Part shown: one piece after another, positions 1 to 12,190 of the stretch
Layout of the letters: each line of letters starts with the position of its first letter
How positions within the stretch are numbered: the stretch's first letter is position 1
Source: Octopus vulgaris
Lineage: Eukaryota
Assembly (NCBI GenBank): GCA_951406725.2
Contig: OX597832.1
Span: forward strand, 57,350,001 to 57,414,000
DNA: 64,000 nucleotides
Direction of reading: 5' to 3'
The notes under the pieces: generated by a model
Told to the model about the DNA's origin: nothing
Databases searched by the model: none
The model's input: the letters and a program-made list of their open reading frames with translations, nothing else
Program-made: the position numbers and the translations under genes

Positions 1-619
1 CATTTTCTTTTTGTGCCTTATAATGTAACACACTCACTGGTAAAATTTCCACTTATTTCTTATTTTTATTTCCTAAAATTTTCGTTGTATCTTGCAACCT
101 TTTCAATAGTCTTGACTCTGTCTGTTATTTACACTGCATTCCTTTTTGTTTATTTGTGCATATGTGTGTGGGTCAATGTGTGTGTGTGTGCCTATGCGTG
201 CATGCATGTACGTATGTATGTGTGTATGTATGTATGCATGTGTGTGTATGTATGCATGTGTGTGTATGTATACATGTGTGTGTATGCATATGTATATACA
301 CGTATGTATGTGTGTGCATCTGTATGTATGTATTCTGCATATTCATGTGCTTGCATGTCTGTGATTATGTATTTTCTATTTATGTGTGTGTGAGTGTGTG
401 TTTGTATATGTATGCACATCTGTCTCCTTGTGTGTGTGTGTGTGTGTGTGTTATGCAACTATGTACCATGTTTCTTTGTATGGATGTGTATCTCTATGTG
501 TGTGAACACGTTTCTCCATATGTGTCCTTGTGTGAAGTAAAGTGTGTGTATATATATGGTCATGTGTTTCAGTCTTCATTTGCGTATGTATGCTTGTCTG
601 TTCATATAAACTATGTACC

Positions 620-1060
620 TATCCACCTGTATGTTGTGAACAACATGTTTTGAAGTTATGGATTTCATGTAATAAGAGTGGAGGAACTGCACTCTATTGT
701 TCACAGTCTCTAACCAAAGTTCAGTATCAAGTACAGGGAATCTATTGTTGGGGTGCTTAGTGTGGTAATCTATTGTTACCTTGATACTTTGGTGGATGGA
801 GTTAGCTATTTGCTGGATGCTCTCCATTACGTTCTTCTCAGTCTCTACATTACTGTCACTGGAGTTGGTCCTAACTATGATATTAATGCCATCTACTGTA
901 GAGTAGAAGAGTTGTGGATTGTTCAGCTAAGTATTGTTTAAGTTTTCTGTCCCACCAGGTCCATGAAGAGGCTAGCCACATCTCCAGCTACACTGATGGG
1001 TGCACCTTGAACCTGTATGTATAGTTTGTTGTTAAACTTTACTGTGTGGTTCTTCAAGGG
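620..1060 (-). mobile_element. Decayed Penelope-like element reverse transcriptase fragment
   Basis: Minus strand reads KNHTVKFNNKLYIQVQGAPI..ASLFM, a degenerate YxDD-like TVDGINII, then IANSIHQSIKVTIDY..NRFPVLDTELW..HSYYMK, which are PLE RT motifs; frameshifted. Confidence 0.7.
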
Positions 1061-2116
1061 CTGGCCCCTATTGCATGTGCAACCATTTCTTTCACCTGAT
1101 TGTTGTTCTCAGGGTTTTGGGTGGGTGTGGTCCAGCCACTCCAGCGAACATGTGGTATAAAACCGACAAAAGCACCACAGAGCGCTGGAGTGATTTTATA
1201 TGTGTGTGCATACAGAGAGAAAGGGAGAGAGAGAAAGAGAGAGAGGGAGAGAAGGAAAGAGAGAGAGAGAAGGAAAGAGAGAGAGAGAGAGAAGGAAAGA
1301 GAGAGAGAGAGAATTGAAAAATTGATTTATAAACAACAGAGCCTGAATATATAGTAATTCAGGGCTCAATTAAAAACAGGTCGCTAAATTGGAACAGATT
1401 ATTACATTGCAGTAAATCCAGTAATTATCTATTTGGTGGTATCTATCTGAATGAAACAGCTGTTGATCAGAAATAGAGTATGGAGTACGTTTGAAATTTT
1501 TGCTTTTATGCAAAATATGTTGCTCCTAAATACACACACACATATACACACACATACACACACCCACACACAAAACAATTCTTCGAATGAAGACAGGAAA
1601 AGATGCAGACATTTTTGTGGTGAAAATTTCCTCGAATTAGCATTAAGTTTTCCGTTGTTCTTTTTTTACGTCTTTTTAACGAGACACAATATTCCAGACT
1701 AATGACATGAAATTAAATAAAGTTGGCGGATCGGGGGTACATCTGACAGACTTTGATTTTTCTTTCTTTGTTACATTTTTTGTCTTATCAGCACTTCAGT
1801 GTCTTTTAGCAATTTCTGTATCAATTTAATTCTTCTTCTAATAGGTTGATATGCTCACTACACTCACATTATGGGAAATGAGAATGTAACATTGCTTATT
1901 TTAGTGCACTCAAAGTCAGTTTCAAAGAAAGCTGGAAAATATTTTAAAGTAGACTATTGTTATCGGAATGTATTAACGATATATTGAGTGGCAGCGAAAT
2001 TGGTTTTACGCTATGAACTCTGTCCCTTTTGAACTAAATTTCAGCAGCGTTAAGCTCATACCGAATACCTCCTACCCTGGAAAGATAGTTAATGGTTTTT
2101 TGGAAAGAAATGCAAG

Positions 2117-2535
2117 TTCACCATCATCATCACCATCATCATCACCATCATCATCACCATCATCATCATTGTCATCATCATCATCACCATCATCACCACC
2201 ATCATCATCGTCATCACCATTACCATCATCATCATTACCACCACCACCATCATCATCATCACCATCACCATACCATCACCTTGATCATCACCATCATCAT
2301 CACCATCACCACCATGATCATCACCATGATCATCATCACCATCATCGTCATCATCATCACCATCATTATCACTGTCACCACCACCATCATCATCATCACC
2401 ATCACCATCATCATCACCATTATCATCGTTATCATCATCATCATCACCACCATCACCATCATCATCACCATCATCATCATCATCATCACCATAATCGTCA
2501 TCATCATCATCACGATCACCATCATTGTCATCATT
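2117..2535. repeat. (CAT/CAC)n trinucleotide microsatellite; similar tracts at 37670-38072, 47425-47603 (GAT), 48700-49670 and 41817-41900 (CTT)
   Basis: Directly visible; source of the spurious poly-His/Ser/Ile/Met ORFs. Confidence 0.95.
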
Positions 2536-3313
2536 TAATGCTAGTCTTGTCTACTGGCCTGGGCTGCACAGTTTGACAGGATCCAACAAGCCACAGGATT
2601 ATGTCAAGCTCCAGTGTTTGCTTTGGCATGGTTTTCTATGGCTGGATGTCCTTCCTAAATGCCAACTGTGGAGGCACATGGCTTAGTGGTTAGAGTGTTG
2701 CACTCATGATTGTAAAATTGTGGTTTCGATTCCTGGACTGGGCAACACATTGTTTCCTTGAGCAAAACACTTAATTTCATATTCCTCCAGCCCATTCAGC
2801 TGGCAAAGCTGCGTAGTCCTGTGATGGACTGGGGTCCCATCCAGGAGGGGATTGTATGCATCATGGAACTGGCCCTTTGAATCTATATGACTCAGGAAAG
2901 ATCTTTAATCTTTTATCCTTATCCAAATCCTAATCCTAATCCCAACTGCTTTACAAAGTATTCTTGGTGACACTTGTCAGGTCACTCAGTGACTTAACGA
3001 GATGAGAAAAGGAAAAGGCTACCTTGGCTGAATGGTGGTGGTGGTGGTGGTGGTGGGGGTGTTTGAGAGAGGTGGAGGTGGTTTGACGCTAGGCATTAAA
3101 AGTCTCAGGTATGATAGAGAGACACACACAGGCACAGGTGTCTTGCTACGGAGGAGATTCATAGCTACCCTGACATTATATAACAATGTGTGGGAAAGAT
3201 GATACACACACACAAACATATATATATATATAAAAATATATATATTTATTTATATTTGTGTTATATATATTTATGTGTGTGAGTGTGTGTGTTATATATA
3301 TTTATGTGTGTGA

Positions 3314-3358
<45 letters not shown>

Positions 3359-4272
3359 TATATACATATATATAAAAGCAAAAGAAAAAAATTTCTATGC
3401 CTATATGCTGGGAAATAGACTTTAAATTATCAATCACTACATACACTGTACTTCACTATGAATACACATCATGCTGAATCAAGGAAAGCAAACTACCAGA
3501 ATTTTTTTTAAATGCGTTCTCACTATATTGAATCAATTTCCGGATTATTTCAACAGATATTCCCCTCGTCAGTAGAGAATATGATAAGAAATAAATGAAA
3601 TACTTACAAGCACCCATGGTAAAAAGCAGAAGCAAAAGTCATGACTACACATAAGTACCCCAGTTATATCTAAATATAAAATTCCATAGCGAGCCTCAGC
3701 ACACATGTGATTGGTCAGGAACCGCAACTTAGAGTGGTCACCAGTCCCAAATTGTTTATAATTTTCACCTTTAAAGGTATTTTAATATGCTGGCCATTTG
3801 ATGAAATTTTTGAAAAAATTTTATCCTACATTAGAAGTATATATATATATATGTATATATATATATGTATGTATACATATGTATAGGTATATATATTATA
3901 TTAGAGGAAAAATTGAAACCAAGGAAGAACGAGTATCTCAAGTCATTTAGAATAATTTAATTAGGGTATCACCTTACCATAATTAAATTATTCTAAGTGA
4001 CTTGAGATGCTCATTCTGCCCTGGTTTCGATTTTTCCTCTAATATAATATATACCTGCTATAATGGAACCCTAATACGGATCCCTAGCTCCAGCCTTAGC
4101 TGTGATCTTGGAACCTAATGGTCGACCAACTATAGCGCTTACTGAGCGTACACACACACATTTATATACATACTTGCATACATATATAATACCTTAACAT
4201 CTAATTATTGAAGTTGAAAAATTATCAGTAAAGCCATTTTAATTCGTTTTTTTTTTAATATATAATACTAGA

Positions 4273-4750
4273 GGCACAGGAGTGGCTGTGTGATAAGTAG
4301 CTTGCTTACCAACCACATGGTACTGGGTTCAGTCCCACTGCGTGGCACTTTGGGCAAGTGCCTTCTACTATAGCTTCGGGCCGACCAAAGCCTTGTGAGT
4401 GGATTTGGTAGATGGAAACTGAAAGAAGCCCATCGTATATATGTGTGTGTGTTTCTGTGTCTGTATTTGTCCCCCCACCCCACCATCGCTTGACAACCAA
4501 TGCTGTTGTGTTTGCGTGCCCGTAACTTAGCAGTTTGGCAAAAAAAAACAAAACAAAACAAAAATGATTGAATAAGTAATAAGTAGGCATAGGAGTGGCT
4601 GTGTGGTAAGTAGCTTGCTTACAAACCACAAGGTTCCGGGTTCAGTCCCACTGCATGGCACCTTAGGCAAGTGTCTTGTACTATAGCCTCGGGCCGAACA
4701 AAGCCTTGTGAGTGGATTTGGTAGATGGAAACTGAAAGAAGCCCATCATC
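4273..4750 (+). mobile_element. tRNA-derived SINE family A, two adjacent 3'-incomplete copies (4273-4580, 4586-4750)
   Basis: Head ggcacaggagtggctgtgtggtaag (A-box-like) and ggttcagtccc (B-box-like); sequence recurs many times in the window. Confidence 0.85.
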
Positions 4751-4890
4751 TATATGTGTGTGTGTGTATATATATATATATATACACATATGTGTGTGTG
4801 TGTATATGTTGTTTACACACCCATCTTCATCTTTTGTCTTTTTGGTAAATTGTCACTGTACACACGCATATACACATACATACACACAAT

Positions 4891-4936
<46 letters not shown>

Positions 4937-5004
4937 CAAACATGCATGCATGCATACATACACACACATACACACACACAAACATGCACACAATATATAT
5001 ATAT

Positions 5005-7455
5005 GGTGTTTCGTGTTGCAAGACAGTGTGTGAGAGAGAATCGTGATGTGGTAGGAGAGAAGTGTGTTCGCATGGAAGATGGTTCACTTGCGCTAAATGA
5101 GGATGCAAAGAGAGAGGTTTGGAGATGCCACTATGAAAGGTTGCTGAATGAAGAAAATGAATGGGATAAAGAGAGTCTGCCGAATGTTGACCCAACAGAG
5201 GGACCAGCTATCCGAGTTGATAGTTCCGTGGTAGCTAAGGCAATTAGAAGCATGAAGACAGGGAAAGCCCCAGGCCCATCAGGAATCACTGCAGAGATGC
5301 TCAAAATGTCTGGTAGTGTCGGCTATAGCCTAGTCACCCGTATAGTTAATCAGGTGATACACAAAGGGGTCATACCCAATGACTGGTGTAGCAGTATAAT
5401 AGTCAACTGCTACAAAGGTAAAGGTGATGCCCTAGATACAAATAACTACAGAGGTATCAAGCTGTTGGACCAGGTGATGAAGGTTACGGAGAGGGTCATA
5501 GCCCAACTAATTAGAGAGAGAGTTAGTTTAGATGAGATGCAGTTTGGGTTTGTGCCAGGGAAAAGTACTACTGATGCTATATTCCTGGTAAGGCAGCTGC
5601 AGGAGAAATACCTAGCCAAAGATAAGCCCGTAACCTGGCTTTTGTTGACATGGAGAAAGCCTTCGACAGGGTCCCCCGATCCCTTATCTGGTGGGCAATG
5701 AGGAAAATAGGGATAGATGAATGGTTAGTGAGAGCTGTGCGGGCCATGTACAGGGACGCCGCTAGTAGGGTGAGGGTTGGAAATGTGTACAGTGAAGAAT
5801 TCCGGGTAGAGGTAGGAGTCCACCAAGGCTCAGTACTCAGCCCCCTCCTATTTATCATAGTCCTCCAGGCAATAACGGAGGAATTCAAGACAGGATGCCC
5901 TTGGGAGCTCCTCTATGCTGATGACCTTGCTCTAATTGCTGAGTCGCTATCAGAACTGGAGGAGAAGTTCCAGGTGTGGAAACAAGGATTAGAATCGAAG
6001 GGCCTCAGAGTCAATCTAGCTAAAACCAAAGTCGTAATCAGTAGGAAGGTAGACAAATCACAAACACCTCCAGGTAGATGGCCCTGCTCGATCTGTAGAA
6101 AAGGTGTAGGTAGAAACTCTATAAGATGCACCAAGTGTAAGCTATGGACACATAAGAGATGCAGCAATGTCAAAGGAAGGCTAACTAGGAAGATGGTTTT
6201 TGTATGTGGCAGATGCTCAGGAACAATAAACACTGAAAATGCTCTGAGACCAACTTCCGTCACTTTCCAGGGAGAAAAACTAGAAATAGTTGATAGTTTC
6301 CGTTACCTAGGTGACCAAGTCAGCAGCGGGGGCGGGTGTGCTGAAAGTGTAACTGCTAGAGTAAGAATAGCTTGGGCAAAGTTCAGAGAGCTCTTACCTC
6401 TGCTGGTGACAAAAGGCCTCTCGCACAGAGTGAAAGGCAGACTGTATGATGCGTGTGTACGAACAGCCATGCTACATGGCAGTGAAACATGGGCCGTGAC
6501 TGCTGAGGATATGCGTAAGCTCGCTAGAAATGAAGCCAGTATGCTCCGATGGATGTGTAATGCCGGTACTCACACTCGGCAGAGTGTAAGTACCTTGAGA
6601 GAAAAGCTGGACCTAAGAAGCATCAGTTGTGGTGTGCAAGAGAGATGTTTGCGCTGGTATGGTCATGTGGCGAGAATGGATGAAGATAGTTGTGTGAAAA
6701 AGTGCCACACCCTAGCGGTTGAAGGAACCTATGGAAGAGGCAGACCCAGGAAAACCTGGGACGAGGTGGTGAAGCACGACCTTCGAACTTTAGGTCTCAC
6801 TGAGGAAATGACTAGAGACCGAGACCTCTGGAAGTGTGCTGTGCGCGAGAAGACCCGGCAGGACAAGTGAGTCCATAACCCGTGGCCTTCTACATGGGAT
6901 GGAGCCAGCCTACGTATGCATACCTTCCCTTCTTGGGACACAAAACTCTACTTGTGAAGACGTGATGAGGCAAGTGAGGATCAGAATCGAAATCGATCAA
7001 TGGAAATTGCGGATGTGCTACCAGTGCCGGTGGCATGTCAAAACTCTGCTTGTGAAGACCCGTTGAGGCAAGTGACGATCAGAATCGAAATCGATCAATG
7101 GAAATTGCAGATGTGTTACCAGTGCCGGTGGCATGTAAGAGAACTTTCCGTTTCGCGACCGTTGCCAGCACCGCCCCGTTTCGTGTCCGTTGCCAGCCTC
7201 GCCTGGCACATAAAAAGCACCATCCATTCGTGGCCGTTTGCCAGCTCTGTCTGGCACCAGTGCGGGTGGCACGTAAAAAGCACCCACTACACTCACGGAG
7301 TGGTTGGCGTTAGGAAGGGCATCCAGCCGTAGAAACACTGCCAGATTTGACTGGGCCTGATGAAGCCTTCTGGCTTCACAGACCCCAGTAGAACCGTCCA
7401 ACCCATGCTAGCATGGAAAACGGACGCTAAACGATGATGATGATGATGATGATGA
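5005..7455 (+). mobile_element. RTE-clade LINE, 5'-truncated, with RT ORF2, 3' UTR and (GAT)n tail
   Basis: RT motifs KAPGPSGI, NYRGIKLL, QFGFVPGKSTTDAIF, EKAFDRVPR, GVHQGSVLSPLLF, LLYADDL, FRYLG, GRPRKTW; stop at 6870; frameshift near 5630 joins ORFs 4754-5701 and 5650-6870; ends in gatgatgat repeats. Confidence 0.93.
6941..7136 (+). repeat. Two tandem ~98-bp units in the RTE 3' UTR
   Basis: caaaactct..cttgtgaagac..gaggcaagtga..atcagaatcgaaatcgatcaatggaaattgc..ccagtgccggtggcatgt occurs at 6941 and 7039. Confidence 0.9.
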
Positions 7456-7754
7456 TATATATATATATATATCTAAATATAATATGTGACAATTATTCAG
7501 TAGCCATGATAAAACTCCGAGTTCCCAGGTGGAAACCCACGCCGCCATCTCTTCAGTTATCCAGCCATCGGAAAATTTTTTGTGATGGCTGGATAACTGA
7601 AGAGATGGCGACATGTGTTTCTGCCCTGACATCAAAAACTCGGAGTTTTATCGTGGCTACTAAATAATTGTCACATATCATATTTACAGATAAATTCCTC
7701 TCTTTACATAATATCGAGTTCTCTTTCGTTCTTTTGTTGTCTTACCATCTCTAT

Positions 7755-7796
<42 letters not shown>

Positions 7797-10144
7797 TTAT
7801 ACATATATATCTATGTCTTTACTGGTTTCATTGATATTAAACATGGAGACGAATTAGATAAATTCAATAATGATGTGGCATTGAATAATTATTTCTGTTG
7901 TTGCTGCTCTGTGCCTACGTACGCTTTTCTTCTTTGCTTCAATTAATTCCAGTTTTCAATGTTATAAGTTGGGTTCAATTTATCCATACCGGAGAATAGA
8001 TGAATATATATATATTTTTTGTTGTTGTTATCTCTGCAGTTAATATAAAAGACAAGGCCATACGGTGCTCTCTATGACATCATTTAAATGCAGATATTCA
8101 CTGCTGCATTGATAAAAAAAAAAACTTCTTTAGTTTCGTTTCATAAGTGGATGACTCAGATTATTATTATTATTATTATTATTATTATTTTTTTTTTATT
8201 ATTTTTTTTGGGGAGACCTATAAAAACTATTCTGAATGAATCTCCTAAGTTAGGTCTCTAGTAAGTAATGAATGTTTAATTAAGATTAACTGGAAGTTTT
8301 CATAAGAGGTAAAGAAAAAAAAATGCTGTATTTCTTTAGATGTAAACTTAGTCATGTTAGAGTTCTCAAGGCTTTTGTTGTAATGCTTGTTTGAAATCTA
8401 TGTAGAACATAGTGTTCTGTTCATAATAAAGAACTGGAATAATACTTTTGTGCAGTCTTAAAGGAAACTATTTTGTTTACACGAAATCTTTCTTTGCTAA
8501 TGTTGTAAAACCAAATGATGTGTTGTTGCCTACATTTTCTAAGAAATGTGTCATACCTGTGAGGCTAGAGAATTGGTTTTAATGAATCAGATAAATCTGG
8601 TTCCATCTTATCCGCGAGGAATTGAAATTTAGTATTCCCAAGACAAACCATTTCTGGTTTGTTGTTGCTTGTTACTTGTACTTGGGGTGACTTTTCACCA
8701 TTTTTGTTTTATAAATCTTAATGTTTCCAGTGTAGTTAAAGAAATAAGAAACCGAAGATGGAAATGTTGAGTCTGAATAAATGAAGATTTTCAACATAGG
8801 TGCTGGTGTGGCTGTGTGGTAAGGAGCTTCTTCCCAATCACATGGTTTTGGGTTCAGTCCCACTGCGTGACACGTTGAGCAAGTGTCTTTTACTATTTTT
8901 TAAGCCTAGTACTTATTCTATTGGGATTTTCAGAAAGGGAATTTGACTGGCTAATTCATACATTACATGTGCAGTCTGTGAGTGGAACAGTAAAAATATG
9001 CAAGACTTTTCTCAAATTTCAAATGTGAATTTTTCAGTGTTAACTACACCCCTAAGATGGAGCCTTGTATCTTGGTTGGAAACCAGTTGTCTCTTCAGTG
9101 AAAGATTTATAATAATTAAAGAATTGTAGAGACATCCATCCATCCATACATACATACATATATACGTGTGTGTGTGTGTCTGTGTTTGTTCCCTCCTATC
9201 ACCTGGCTACTGTAACTTAGTGGTTTGGCAAAAGAGAATGCTGGAATGAATACCAGACATAAAAAATAAGTACTGGAGTTAATCTGTTTAGGCAAACCAG
9301 GTAAGGGCAATATTTTCCAAGAATCAGGCTGCTTTCGAAATTGCTCCTCATCAGGTAGGCTACGCTACTAAAACCTAAAACAGTTCAAGGTAACTTATTT
9401 TCAGTTAGGCAAGCCATTGAGAAAACCATACGGGCCACAGTTTGCCCACGACTGAACTCGGCACTCCAAGGTAGAGCTCCAGCATGGCCGCAGTCCAATG
9501 ACTGGGGGACATGTGAAAGTAAAAGATTAAAAAAAAGATAAATAATTCTATTCATATGACTTTGGTTGATTGCAGGCAGTGAGATTGAACTTGGAACCTT
9601 GGGCTTGCAAACTGCTGTGGTGGAATCCGAACACCCCTATGGATGGATAAATGAATGGTTCTGAAATGTATAGATATGTATACGTGCTGGAGATAGAGAA
9701 GAGTGTTGTATGCACAGCCATATATTATACAGAGAGTCGTAGAAGCTAAATAGAAGAGATATCGTTGGTTTACATGTGGGTGATTCGAACGGTTGGTGAA
9801 CAAATATATAATAATTCCACAGTCACGCTTGGGTAGGAATAGGACATTGTATACGAGATGTAGCTGTCGTCTTTGCCAAACAAATATATTTATTTTGTTT
9901 AATTAAACTTGATTATTTCATTTTACTTTAAAAAGAAATAAAAAAAATAAGAACTTTCAAGTTTGTTACAAAAAAAAAATGTACGTAATTTATTAAGTTA
10001 TTTTTGTTAGTTTTTACAGCGTTTCTCTGAAGTGGTTGTCATGTTGAGATTTTGAGATGAAACCCCATGCTGTTGTATCCATAATAAGAACAGCTTAATA
10101 TTTTTCTATTTAAAAAAAAAATCTCTCTAGATTAAGTTTAAGAA

Positions 10145-10178
<34 letters not shown>

Positions 10179-11074
10179 ATGTGTGTGTATTTATAGTATT
10201 GAATCTAGCCGTAAGCCATCTTCATTGGAAATTGACAGAAAAATATATCTCAGACAACCACGATTACTTTTATTTATAGTTCGAATGTAATTTAAGAGGT
10301 AATTTTTATAATGTCTAGGAGGACATCAAGGACATCACTTGTGAAAAAAAACGATTTCAATGAGATGTTTATATAAAGTGATGATGTTCAATTTCTTTTG
10401 AAGTTTTTGAAAAAGTAGAAGGTCCTGTTGTTGTTATAGTGTAGCCCCGAGTCAGATCTGATCGAGCAAGCCTATGATCAAAGATATTCAGTCATGACCA
10501 TGTGATCTTTTTTTCCTTTCTGTTTTTTTTTTCTCTGTCTTTGTTTCTTTTTCGAGACATTGTTATGAAGGTCTACGTTGTTATTTGTGTCTTTCCCATT
10601 TCTTAAGATGATTGTAAGATTTGAGGGTGATTTGTCTGTTGCTTGTAACAGGTTGTAAATCATTCCCATTTCTGAAGATGATAGCATGATTTGAAGGAGA
10701 TTTGCTTGTTGTTTCTAGCAAGTTGAGTAAATCATGTTACGTGAAAAGTCAGACTCTTGTTGTTGCTGTTGTTGTTGTTGTTGTTGTTGTTGTTTAAGTA
10801 CACCATAAGTCACGATGGTACCCTCTACAACTTCATCAGGGGTCCAGGGATGAAGGCAGAGCCAAAATTTAGACAGTTCTAAACCTGCTCTAGCAAACTT
10901 ATGTGATCAGAGCCATGCCAGACATGACAGTCCCATCGTTTTGTATATCTATGACAATATGGTCCACATTATTTCTGTCTGTGTTGGGTGTGTCTGAGTG
11001 TAATTCAGTTGCTATTTTTAACTGGCTAATACTTCGAAGTCACTGTCAGTAAGAGTCTTCTTTAAGAATATTAT

Positions 11075-11444
11075 AGAAGTGGCTGTGTGGTAAGTAGCTT
11101 GCTTACTAACCACATGGTTCTAGGTTCAGTCCCACTGAGTGATACCTTGGGCAAGTATCTTCTACTATAACCTCGGGCCGACCAGAGCCTTGTGAGTGGA
11201 TTTGGTAGGTGGAAACTGAAAGAAACCTGTTGTATATATGTGTGTGTGTGTCTTTGTTTGTCCTCCCACCATTGCTTGACAACCAATGTTGGTGTGTTTA
11301 CATCCCCATAACTTAACGGTTTGGCAAAAGAGACCGATAGAATAAGTACTAGGCTTACAAATAATAAGTCCTGGGGTCGATTTGTTCGGCTAAAAGCAGT
11401 GCACCAGCATGGTTATAATCTAATGACTGAAATAAATAAAAGAA
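11075..11444 (+). mobile_element. SINE family A copy
   Basis: Same head, body and tail (..ccagcatgg..aatgactgaaa..) as the other copies. Confidence 0.85.
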
Positions 11445-11499
11445 TATATATACATACAGATAGCAGAGAATATATTGTTGTCTAAATTATGCAAAAATG

Positions 11500-12190
11500 A
11501 AAATAACACTGACATCTCGTTTTAACAGATATATTTACCAAAATTACATAAAAATATCTTGAAATACTAAAGAGTAAATCTATTCAATAAAATCGCCATT
11601 GGCTTCGACCATAGCCTCCAGACGACTTTGGAATCTCCTGCAACTCTTATGGATGGTCTCCTTGTTTATGTTGGTCAATGCTGCCATAATCCTTGCCTTC
11701 AGTTCATCTTTGATGTCACATAGAGTTTTGTTGGTCTCTCACTCAACTGCACTTCACACATAATAATCAAGGGGGTTGCAGTCTGCTGAGTTAGGTGGCC
11801 AGATGTTATAAGTGATGTGGTTGCAGAAATTGTCTGACAGCCATGACTGGGTTCTCCTGCTTGTGTGTCTTGGTACAGAGTCTTGTCGCCAGACATAGGG
11901 TCTTCCAGCAGCCACCCTCTTCACCCAGGGCAGCACTACCTCCTCCAGGCACTTGATGTACCTCCATGTTGAGTCTGAGCCTGTATGGAAAGATAAATGA
12001 AGGCATAACGTCGCCATCACTAGTGATCACTGCAAACATCATGATGTTGACTGGATGTTTGATTTTTATCACTCTCAGTACATGTAGTCAGATTGCACTG
12101 TTCTCAGATTGACAACCAAATACTCTGAAATGTTCGTATTGGAGCTTCTAGCATGAATGCCAAGCAGTACAGCATGTTGCTTCCAAATTT
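11500..12190 (-). mobile_element. Tc1/mariner transposase remnant, DD37D (maT-type), internally deleted
   Basis: Minus strand WRQDS..H..WPPNSADCNPLDY has 37 residues between the two Asp, followed by ..RRFQSRLEAMVEANGDFIE*; upstream KHPVNIMMFAVITSDG; stops and frameshifts present. Confidence 0.85.

Noticed and set aside
2013-2576. Poly-His/Ser/Ile ORFs (also 37619-38453 and 48618-49953)
   Set aside because: (CAT/CAC)n microsatellites with no splice or domain evidence.
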